A DNA stretch of 64,000 nucleotides from Zygnema circumcarinatum SAG 698-1b (lineage: Eukaryota > Plantae > Zygnematophyceae). The translations under genes were made by a program, and so were the position numbers. Each line of letters starts with the position of its first letter. Positions within the stretch are counted from its first letter, which is position 1. The DNA is taken from contig CM074805.1 of assembly GCA_037447605.1 (NCBI GenBank), positions 1,025,361 through 1,089,360 on the forward strand. The letters run 5' to 3'. A model generated the notes under the pieces. That model was not told the DNA's origin, ran no database searches, and saw only the letters and a list, made by a program, of their open reading frames with translations. Of this stretch, positions 19,415 through 30,204 are shown one piece after another.

Positions 19415-21466
19415 ATGGCGGACGAGGTGGCGGCGGGACCTCCCGCGAGGGCGGTCGTCGGAAAGAGGAAGCGGACGAGCGCAGGAGATGCTCCTGCTGA
19501 AGGGGCGGTTGGGGCGGGGAAGAAGGCGAAGAAACCAAAGAAGGGGTCCTCAGCTCCTAGACGGCAAGCTTCAGGGTCTGGAGGGAAGCCCTCTGGAGGA
19601 AGTAGGGCAGACGGTGGGAGAGAGAGCGCAGAATTGAAGGGGAAGAGAGATGGCACACCCAAGGGGAAGAAAGGGCGGATAAGCGATGGTGCAAGGGGGC
19701 ACTCTGGAGGGAAGGACTTAAAGAAGCGGAAAAGGGCGGCAGGGAGTGCGGAAGGAAGTAAGAAACTCGCTTTAGAGTCGCCGAAAAAGCGCATGAAGAC
19801 TGGGAAGAAAGTGAAGTCTATGCTCACATCTGCAGAGAAGAAGGAAGCCAAAAGAAATGCCGTCTTGTTGAAGGCCGATAAGTTGCGGAAAGTCGAATTA
19901 GCGCCAATTGGAGGGAGTGTTGCGAGGCAGGCGGAGTGGTTCTCGAAGACGTATTTCGACCATTTTGGGGCTAAGCTATCGGCCCTAGAAAGAGACCCTT
20001 TGACCGGTGAGAAATCTTATACGAATCTTCTGAGTCACTTCGAAATTAGCATTTAGTTGGGGATCGGTTAGCACAGCTGTCAGCTTTGATCCATTCCTCG
20101 GTAGCGAGTGAGCGCAAAAAGGGAGCAAGGTCGAACGATTATTGTATTATTGTGCGTGGCCTCGTTTCCAAGCTAACCTTAGCAGCTGGACGGCCTACCA
20201 ATACGGCGTGGGATGAACTGAATTACTGAGGGATGCTTAATCGCAGAAATAGTCTTGTTACTTTTTAGTTTTGAGATCTTGGACAATGTGCAGCGTGGAG
20301 GTGGAGGTGTCCAATTCTCAGTCTTCGTAGAGGGGAGGGGGGCGCAATGGTCTGTGGCAGAAATCAATATGTTGCCTCTTAATGAGGGTGAGTCTGCTGG
20401 ACTCCTTTCTCTTCCTGACACCATCAGCTCGGCCCTCAAAGGAGAGCTGAGAGCTCGACGCCACTCAGAAAATGATGCGGAGATTGGGAGCCCTCTTGTG
20501 CTCGCTGCCTGCTCTTCAGCAATGCGATGCACAGAGCTTCTCCGGTTCGTTGCTTCCCTCCCTTATTTCTATGTTGAGCGAAGAAGAAACAAGCCATGCC
20601 TAGCTGACAGTTGCAGTAATTTTCTTTAATGGCATTGGTTTTGACGCGGCTTGGGTGTGCCAATGGTTGTGGGCAGGGTCTTGAAGCCTGTTAGTAAAAA
20701 GCAAGTAACAGTGAAGTTGTTTGCAAAGCATATAAAATATGAGGAACAGGTGGAGATGCTTAAGCAGCCGGTCTTGTTTGCTGCAGGGACACCTGCAAGG
20801 TAACCCACCCATCATATGCACCTTGTCCATGTATCAGTTATGATGTTCAATGTCAATGCAATCTGAGTCTACACATGTCATCGTTGAAGCTACGATAAAG
20901 AATTATGAGGAAGCTGAGGATTAAGCTGAATGATATCATTTATGTGCTTTCGCAGAGAAGGTTAGGGTGTTTGACGTGACTTAACGTATGTAAAGTGGAG
21001 CAGTTGCCATACAATGTGTTTTACAGAAGACTCTTGTCGTTGCTTGTTTCACTGTTACTTGTCGGGATGTTGAGCATGAGGGCTCTCATATCGTTTCTTT
21101 GCCTTCATTTTCTTTCTTGTGGCCATCAGGATCGAGCGGTTAGCCAGTAATGGACCTCTAGGACTTTCAGCCTTGAAGCTTCTGGTCCTCGACTTGTCGC
21201 TAAACGCAAAAGGCTTCTCAATACTCGACATTCCAGAGACTAAGTACGCACTTGGCACTATTCAACTTTTAACCTTTTCGTGTTCCATATTAACTTAAGT
21301 TGCTGGATGTTAAGGTCAGGCTGTCTGTACGGTCTCCTTGCTTTCACTTGCATTGTCCTGATGCCGTGGGACAATGATGTGCAGGGCTGACTTTTGGAAT
21401 CTTTACGAGAAACATCTGCATCAGCGAGTTCTTGATGGGCAAGTGCAGATATGTCTCGTAGATTAA
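19415..21466 (+). CDS. CMSS1: CMSS1/Cms1-like ribosome biogenesis protein
   Basis: K/G-rich N-terminus, then GSPLVLAACSSAMRCTELLR, VKLFAKHIKYEEQVEMLKQPVLFAAGTPAR, LLVLDLSLNAKGFSILDIPET and a last exon ADFWNLYEKHLHQRVLDGQVQICLVD* (TAA 21464-21466). Confidence 0.8.
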
Positions 21467-22006
21467 GCAGAAGTTCAGTTAGCATTTTTTTCATTCAAAA
21501 GAAATATGACGCAAGAAAAAAGGGAGGGAAAAAATAAAGAGAATGACAGCGGTATCCCATTTTTGGCATTAATGAACAAGGAACTGATCTACATTGTAAG
21601 AGAAGGCGTTTGCGCACAGCCATTTATCGGCTAGTGGACGCTAATTCCAAGCACAGAATTCAACGAACCCACATTTTTATTCACCTGAAAAAAACCCTCG
21701 CCTTTGCGGGTGGTGGCTTCCTTAATCTTTTCTCTGAAGTCTCCATGCAGAAATGTGCTGCTTCCTGGGGGCCCTGCTGGCCTCCTTTGCAGCCTTCCCC
21801 TGCATAGAGAGTGGGAGGAGACGGACTCGTCATTCCTTCCTAACATAAATGAACATGGCGGCGAAAAGAGTGCCCTTTCCAGACGGATGGCTCCAAAGAT
21901 GGCAGTTGCATCCAAAACCGCGCTCTCCTAAGAATGGCACATTGTGTCTTGGATTCAAATAATGCTCCGTTACTTTGAAAACACATGGCGTCACGACGGA
22001 TTGAAG

Positions 22007-24154
22007 TTACTTGGCCCCTTGCTGCTCAAGTAGTGTTCGGATATGTTGTGTTATCAAATTCAGGGCGGCGGTATTTTCTGCACCGCGAGGCACCTGCATA
22101 GCTCGAGGAGGACAAGGTCAACCTCGAGTGCCAAAAGTCACAGGATTTTCACATGGAAGAAAGCAGCATGGGGGGACAGGTAGCAAGATTATGTACTCAC
22201 GATGATGTCGGCAAACTTCTTGGTGGGTGAGATATATGTCTCAAAGCTTGGCTTCACACTCTGCTCATAGCGCCCCAAAACCTGCATCACATCTCGGCCT
22301 CGTTCCACAATGTCTCTTCTTATTCTGCAACATTGGAAGGCGACCGCTCCTTCGAAGTTACTTTGACGGTTCCTGAATATTTTCTTAAAAACCACTTTGG
22401 ATATGATGCCGATCTTCAAGTTGCGATGGTTACTGCAATGCAGCAAAATTAAGGATAGCATGTGTGTACCTTCGAGCCAGTCGTGTGTCCGCATCCGTAT
22501 CGACAAAAACTTTAAGGTCAAAAAGCTCTCGAATCTCAGGAAGGTGAAAGACGAGGATTCCTTCCAGGAGCACCTACAAATAGAGAAGATTGTTCATGTT
22601 TTGCACTCAAGATTCACCTTCAAAATTAAACGCCCCTCCCCTGCAAACTCACTTCTGTTATGAATCCCTCTACAGAATGTTCAAAAAGCCATACTCTTTC
22701 CCTCCTTACCACTGTAGCTCCCGTTATCGGCGTTCTGTAGGGCAGGCGTGCACTTGTCACATAGTCGTAGTTTGGGATCTCCACTGACTCCCCATTCTTT
22801 AGCTTTTCCAGCACTTGCAGAAGTTCAACGAAGTCAAAAGCATCAGGGTGGTCGAAATTATATGTTTCGATATGTTCTTGCTCCTTTGGAGTCAGATCAC
22901 GGTAGAATGAATCCTGCCGCCCTGCACACCCATCTCATTAGCCTTGGACGACCATGATCATGCTTCAATAAACCACAACAAAGCACAAAGTTCACCACTT
23001 TCTCCTAATTCTATGTCATTCCTGCGTACAAACAGCCCATGATCTTCCCGTTCATCGTTATGAAGGCATGCCTGAGACAGGCTGAACAGATGCCCCCGAC
23101 TATGCTCCTCCAACTGTTCCATGATTTTACGGCACACGCTTGTTTTGCCAGAAGCTGTGCCGCCTGCGACTCCAATAAGGAATGGCCGGCGAAGCGGAGT
23201 TGCATCTTTGGTGGACGAGTCTCGCGAGAGTTCCTTGTCTGGCTGAATCTGCAAAAGCCTTCGAAAGCTTCAGATTTAAATTCCAAATGAGCAAAAAAAT
23301 ATCTTCATACTGAGCTGGCTGTCTTCACACTGAGTTGGAGAAATGCTGTAGTATATGAGCCTGAACCTCTGAACAACAATTTCTACGACAATTGGCTATG
23401 TGCGTTTCGGAACTTGAAAAACAAAAGGAGCAAAGGAGGGGCTACTTGCTCAGCTTGAGTTTTGGTCGCGAAACAGTCTGGAAAAGTATAATGCAGTTGG
23501 CCCCATCTTCAAACAGGCTCTTAACGGTCACACTAACGCTTCCTGGAACGCTGATTCAGAGCTGCCTTGGAGTCAATTCCCGTGTGATTGTAAATTGTTA
23601 GTGGCCTCTGCCAATTACTGGTAGTGCCACCCTCACAGCACCTTCTGTCCACATTACTGGACTGGACTTGCTCCTACAGAATACTAATGACTGACATGCA
23701 GCTGCAGCGCGAAAAGGCGTAGAAACGAAAGAGAAAGAGAAAGAGGAAAAACCAAGAACAACCCTCCCTGTTTTCTCACTCCCTCCCACCTCCCTCCTCC
23801 CAACCCAGACTCCACCCCCCCATCTGTACCTACAACTTCAGTCTTCGATGAGCCCTCCATGAGCCACGTAGGTGCCTGTTCAGCCGCGATGGGCAGCGCC
23901 TTAGAAGCAGCCACGCGGTACTCTGCAGAAGCCCCCCAGAAGAAGGGGGGCGCTCCGCCCCGCTTCTCCACAGACCCCTGGGAGGGGCCCCTTCGCAGTT
24001 GCTTCTCGCAGATGGAGGAGCGAGAGTGAGGAGAACATAGAGAGAGGCGCCAAGGGAGGGAAGCTGCCAAACGGTGCCACGTGTCGGCTAGAGGACGACC
24101 GAGGACCGCGGCTGTCACAACCCACCGTGGCGTGCCACCTGGCACGGCCGCCAT
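22007..24154 (-). CDS. Uridine/cytidine kinase, single domain, with an N-terminal extension
   Basis: [25 protein letters not shown] (P-loop), [96 protein letters not shown] (TAA 22007-22009). Start at 24154 is inferred. Confidence 0.85.
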
Positions 24155-24499
24155 AGCCGGTGGAGCGGCGAGATTGATGAGAGACGGAGGGAGAGTGGTG
24201 GGGGCGGCAGTAGAACGGCAGAAATTTCTCACATAGTGCGTTGAATTTCGTGAAAAATCATTTGCATAGAAAGGCTTGCATCGGCTCGATACCGTACTGC
24301 GCGTTATAGTAACGACATTCAAAAAGGGGCAAATTATGTGGCATTGACCTCACGATGGCGATGCCATCAAAAAGGTGTTAAACATGCCGCTTGGTAGTGA
24401 CGGAGCGACGAGAGAGCTCAGAGAGTAGGGAGTGCCTCCAGGGAGCAATAAGGTGGAAGAGAGCGGGGGAGAAGGGAGGAGGATACAGGGGGAGGAGCC

Positions 24500-25638
24500 A
24501 TGGCGGAGAGGGCGGGCGTGAATGGCCTTAACGCGCTGTCTGTGGAGGAGGCGGAGGCGGCTCTGCTCCGCTGCTGCGGCAGCCGCTCCTTCGCTGCGAA
24601 GTTGGCGGCAGCACGGCCCTTTGCAAGCGCAGAGGAGGCGGTCGAGGCGGCGCGGAGGGTGTGGCTGGAGGAGGTCTGTGCCTCAGGGAGGGGGCCCATT
24701 GCAGTTAGGGTTTGTTGAGTGGGAAGGATTGAAGGAGAGGGAGGGAGGAGGGGGGAGGGAGGGGGGGGAGGGGGGAAGACTGTGGGACGAGTTTCGTTAA
24801 ATGGGGGAGTTTAGATGGTAAAATGTAAAGGAGGGTTGGAGAAACGCCTTGAGCTTGTGAGGAATAGCTAATATGCCTCACCTATCCGTTTATGCTTGCT
24901 CATAGAAGAAAGCGAAGTTAAATTCATGCTGTGTCAGAGAGTGTTGCTAAAATTCGTGCTGTGTCAGAGAGTGTTGCCCAGCGCAGCTGCGGTAGTGTGG
25001 AGCCCAAAGGCCAGGTTGTATACAAACAACCTGAAACAACTATCAAGTAGAAGGCGCAAGTCTGTTACCATTTTAATTGGATGGAGATTTTTTCCGTCAC
25101 CTTTAAAAATCGAGTGATGGGAAAGAAGCGAAAGGCTACCTGCTCAATCCAGAATGTCTCGACGCATCTTGACATTCCAGCAAATGCTAAGTTATTAATA
25201 GAGCTTGCCCGATGGTTTGAGGTGTCTGCGAGTGCCGACTTCCTCGTCCCCAAGAACTGGAGTCTTGCATAGAAGTTAAATGCCCTTATTACTGTCCTCC
25301 CGCCGTCCTCGTTAGTCTGTCTAAGCCTCCGCCTGTGGATGCGCCCCTTAGCCATTACAGTTTCACTTACATAATGCCAGTCTGACCAGTGTGAATGTTT
25401 TTTCTCATGCGATGAAAGAGCAGGAGCTGGTCACGATGGCTGACTGTGTTCTTCATGTGGAAAGGGGGGAACAGGTGCCGTTGAGCGGTTGGCTGGAGGC
25501 TTTTGCAGCTCACCCGCGCATTGGCAATGTGGAGGGTCTGCGGGAGAAGTTTGGCTCCACTGCCGGGTGCGGTGAGAGTGCACACGGCGGTAGCCCGACT
25601 GCTGCTCCTCTCTCTCCTCCCCTCTCTCTCTCCTTTTC

Positions 25639-25680
<42 letters not shown>

Positions 25681-27475
25681 TCTCTCTCCCTCCCTCTCCC
25701 TCTCCCTCTCCCTCTCCCNNNNNNNNNNCCCCCTCTCGCTCTCGCTCTCTCTCGCGCGGTCTCTCTCTCTCTCTGTCGCTCTCTCCCTCTCTCTCTCTGC
25801 TTCAATTCAATTTGCCCAGCTTCCCACTCTCCTCTCTGTCATCTCTTTTGATCCCTCCACCTCTGCAGGACTCTATAAGAAGCCAAGATCACGGTTTTTT
25901 TTCCTTCGGATGCAGGTGGTGTGAAGGGGAGCAGGCGGCAGCTCTGCGGTCTGCAGATGACGCCGTCTTGCAGGTGCTGCTGCAAATCAGCATAATTAAA
26001 GCATGGAATTTGATTTGTATGAGGTTCTTCTTTATTTGGCGTCGGAAGGATGCTTTCGAGTCAGAGTGCGGTCAGACCCAGAGCTATACCTCTCTGGCAG
26101 CAGGTTTATGAGAATTCCGGCGTGATTGATCCATTTAAGTATCAACACTTATATGTTCTGGGGTTTCTTGATTTGGGGAAGATAAGGAGAGTGCTGAGAT
26201 TGCCTGTCGGAAAGTGGAAGTGTAACATTGACCATGGAGGATGGCTAGCTGAAGTTGTGTATGGCCTGTAGTGCTGTGGAGTAAATGCTTCGTCGAGGTG
26301 CATCATAGCCTGCAAGCTCTAAAGACTGTCAGTTGTATTCTTGCTGGTGCAGGAGCTGGCGGAGTGGAACGCCCGTTACGAGGCCAAGTTTGGCCACATT
26401 TTTATCATATGTGCATCGGGTCGGAGCAGCCGGGAGGTGTTGCAAAGCATGCAGGTGGGTCCAGTCTGCAACACTGAGAACTCTTCAGGGTGGCACTTCT
26501 TTTCTACTGGTGTCTACTGGCAATCTCCTCTTTCTCTCTCGTCTCTCTCCTCTCTCTCCTCTCTCTCTCTCCTCTCTCTCGCCGTCTCTCTTTCTCACTC
26601 CCTCTCCTGTGTGGCCCCACAGGTCCGATTCCACAATCGACCAGTGACCGAGCTGCAGACAGCAGCGGAGGAGCAGGAGAAAATCACAGAGCTCCGTCTT
26701 GAGAAGCTTCTCTCAGAACCTCTGCTCCGTGCAGAGCCCTGCAGCAGCTCTCAAGGCCCATCGCACGAGGTCCCTCAGGCAGGCGAACAGCGGCCATGGC
26801 ACACTCTCGCCGGTGAGAAGCTCCTGCATGCTAAGGGCCTCTCTGTACGACTGCAAGTGTCTGCAGAGCGCCCCCTACCACCACATCTGCACCCTGCCTG
26901 AAACCGTGCCCTCGCTGTCCATGGCTGCTGCAGGCCCCTCTGTCCCTTCGCATCGCCGCCTCGCCTTGCTCGCTAACCATCTGAAGCAACCACCCCATGG
27001 CCTCCCTCCCTCCGCCCTTCCTCCTAACTCCACCACCCTGTGGGGCTCTCCGAGCGCAGGCACGAAGGACAACACGGGCCTGAGGCCTCCCATCACCACT
27101 CACGTGCTTGACGCCGCTGCGGGACGTCCTGCTTCCGGCATTGCAGTGCACTTGGAGCAACTGTCAGCCGCCACCTCTGGAGGAGCCCTTGGAGAGGACT
27201 CTTTACAAGGAGGGAAATGGCTGCAAGTTGGAACTTCAAGGACTGACAGTGATGGGCGGTCAGGAGCTCTAATGGAGCCGTCTCCTTACTTGGCGCCCGG
27301 AACGTATCGTCTGACATTTGAGACTGGAGATTACTTCTTACGGCAGCATGGGGGCCCCGGGTTCTATCCGGAAGTTACTGTTACGTTTGTGGTTGACTCC
27401 TCACAGTCTGCGGATCATTTCCATGTGCCAATCTTGCTGTCTCCGTTTTCGTATACTACTTATAGAGGCAGCTGA
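24500..27475 (+). CDS. TTL: Bifunctional OHCU decarboxylase / 5-hydroxyisourate hydrolase (transthyretin-like, S-allantoin synthase)
   Basis: LLRCCGSRSFAAKL, WLEAFAAHPRIG, WCEGEQAAA, LAEWNARYEAKFGHIFIICASGR, QEKITELRLEKL; linker with PTS2 RLALLANHL; RPPITTHVLD, FYPEV, HFHVPILLSPFSYTTYRGS* (YRGS signature). The donor at 26813 joins in frame to acceptors at 26933 or 27059. Confidence 0.95.
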
Positions 27476-27715
27476 TTGTAGCGCACGCTTATGTTAAAGG
27501 CTGTTCCACCTTTCAAGCTGTGGCAATTGAAATAAGAAACTGTTTCGTTGACTTTATCTGCAACAACCAAGTGCATTGTATTTGTGGTACCAATACATGA
27601 ATGTTGTCCATCACATTACGCCTCAGAATAGTATACAAAGTCAGCTAAACCAGCGAAGATCGAAACTTGCCATCCTCATCCTCTATCCTTCAGAAATTGT
27701 ACACAAACGTCAAGT

Positions 27716-29650
27716 TTAGACATTAAACATGACTTTAATGGCGTCCCCTCCTCTTGCACTGGTCTCAAAGGCCTTCGCCACTTCCTCCTGAGTAAATCTG
27801 AACCTGTGAGTGATCAAGGGCTTCACATCTACTTTTTTTGACTTGAGAAGCTCTAAGCAGAGGGGGTAGGTATTGCGGTAGCGGAACACACCGATTACAT
27901 CGACTTCTCTCGCAGCGGCGGATGTGAGCGGGAGATTCATTTCATCATGGCCCATTCCCACCAGCAGAACCTTCCCACCTGCATCCGTGGCCTGAAGAGC
28001 TGTTCGCATGGACTGGGTAACTCCCACGCAGTCAAAGCAGACATCAACCCGACCGTTGAGAGCATTGCGAATCCCAGATATTTCCTTTTCCCCATCCTGC
28101 AAACAATCGGAGCAATGTTTCTGCATTCAGAGCTGAAGAGCGCAGCAATAATAGGACAACAAACAGTTGTTTGATTCCAGCATCAAAGCTTGGAGAGTGT
28201 ACTTACAGACGAATCTTTTGATGCAGGAACAGCTGCGTCTGCTCCCATCTTCGACGCAAATTCTAGACGCTTCATGTCTACGTCTGTCACTGCAATCTGC
28301 GATGCTCCAAATGCGCGCGCCACAAGCAGCGTCACGAGGCCGATGGGACCTGCGCCAAAAATTGCCACGTGGCAGCCTACCAGATTGCCAGCTCGCCGAC
28401 ATGCGTGAACTGCTACGCTTAGCGGCTCACACATAGCGCCCTCCTCCAAAGAGACGCCCTCTGGCAGGGGAAAGCACAGATCCTCTGGGTGCACAATCTG
28501 CCAACGCCCCTTTCCTGACCATCAGTTCACTGACACCGTGGCTAAAGAGTCTGGCAAATATGCTATGACGGGAACTGCATGTCTAAGCACAACGCAGAGT
28601 ACACGCCTAGACTGAAGTCGACAATAGGAGTGCTAGACGGCCCCACATTCATCACTTGCCGCAAAAGTAGATATCGCTACTCACCTGGTTAGCAAGAGAA
28701 CCGTGCACAGGCGGGGTAGCAAAAAACTTCATTTCTTCACAGAGGTTGTAACGCCCAGTTTTGCAGAGATAACATCGGCTGCAAGAGACCCCCGGCTCGA
28801 GTGCCACCGCATCCCCGACATTGCATCGCCTTACTTCCGACCCGACCGCCATAACGATGCCGGCACTCTCGTGTCCAATCACCATCGGCTCTTTCACGAT
28901 AAAGTCAGCACATCTCATGCGCTGAAGAAGACGAGGGATAGGACAGGAGAAACAAGGATGAGGAAGAGGGAGATAGACTAAGACTCTGCTTAGGGAGACG
29001 CTTTTGCAAAAGCGAGAACTAAGTATTGGTTAGAATAAGCAACAGCAGACTTGCATCAAAAGTTCAGCAGACTGCACATCTTGCGCTGAGAAACTCATAT
29101 TCACAGCTGTAAACAGTCTGAGGATTGAAATGCGTTGTCACAAGAGCCTGACCTTGAGGTAATGCACATCGCTGCCGCAAATTCCAACAGCCTTCATTTG
29201 TATTCGCACTTCGTGTGGGCCTGAGATCTCCGCCATTTTAGAGAACAAAGAAAAATAATGATAATCCAATTAAGCACGCTTGCAGCAGAGCTGAATAGAA
29301 AGCGGCAATTATTCATAAGGGCTATCATCCTCTACTATATTTTTCAAAGTAACACATGACACACTATGCAGTGCCAAAAAGTTACTGTCAATCACGTCTT
29401 GGACAGGTTCAAAATGGACCATCCTTCAAACGTATGAACAGATGCTACTGACTTATAGCCAGCAGACTATGCACCAATTTTCAGTTTGCAACGTGAAACC
29501 AAATCCAGTGAACAAGTTCTCCTCACCAAGTGTTGATGGAAGCTCAAACGGCAGTATCCGCAAATCGTTGATTCCATACAGCCATGCTGCCATGTTCTGG
29601 TCCTTCCCCTCTTCCTTTACTGATACGCCACCTCCATCGATGGCCGCCAT
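27716..29650 (-). CDS. SDH: Sorbitol (L-idonate 5-) dehydrogenase, zinc-dependent MDR family
   Basis: [116 protein letters not shown]. The start is at 29650 or 29671. Confidence 0.95.
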
Positions 29651-30052
29651 AGCTGTCGCAGCACCAGTCATGCAGCAAGGACTTCAGATGATGCCAAAAT
29701 CGTGATAACATAAGTTTCCAGGTTCAGATGTTTGCTATTCACTGAAGTTGAATCTTTGTATTATCATCGCTTTACACTCCCAAATCCATCCCTCATGCTT
29801 TCAGAGCAATAACGTCTCCCACTACAAGCTGCCTGCTCAACAGATTGCCACATTGCCAGTGCGCAGAATGTTTTCTTTACCCCTCACCCTCTCAAACTAT
29901 AACTGAGAGCGTTCACCAAACCAAAACTTACCTCAGTGCCGCGCAGGGCTCACAGGTCGTTGGGCCTTCACGCTCAGTGCGACGGTGACTCTTCTCTCCT
30001 TCTGCGGGAAGAGAAAGAGAGAAACCTTTCATCAGCGCCTGTGATGCAACGC

Positions 30053-30165
30053 CAAGTGGCAACTGCCACGTGGCGGCAGATAATTTTTCCACGGCGAGGT
30101 GGATGTACTGTAGACTGATATGCCACGTGGCACAAAGCGCAGGTTGCCACGTGTCGTCACGTCCG
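30053..30165. promoter_or_regulatory. G-box/ABRE cluster in the SDH-KDTA divergent promoter
   Basis: GCCACGTGGC at 30065 and 30122, GCCACGTGTC at 30146, near-matches at 30053 and 30157. Confidence 0.55.
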
Positions 30166-30204
30166 TTTTAGGGTTTCGTTCCGTTGACGAGCTTCGGTGG
30201 AGCC

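Noticed and set aside
21631-21915. 94-aa minus-strand ORF as the last exon of the uridine kinase
   Set aside because: The kinase has an in-frame stop at 22007, and the available splice phase does not enter this ORF's frame.
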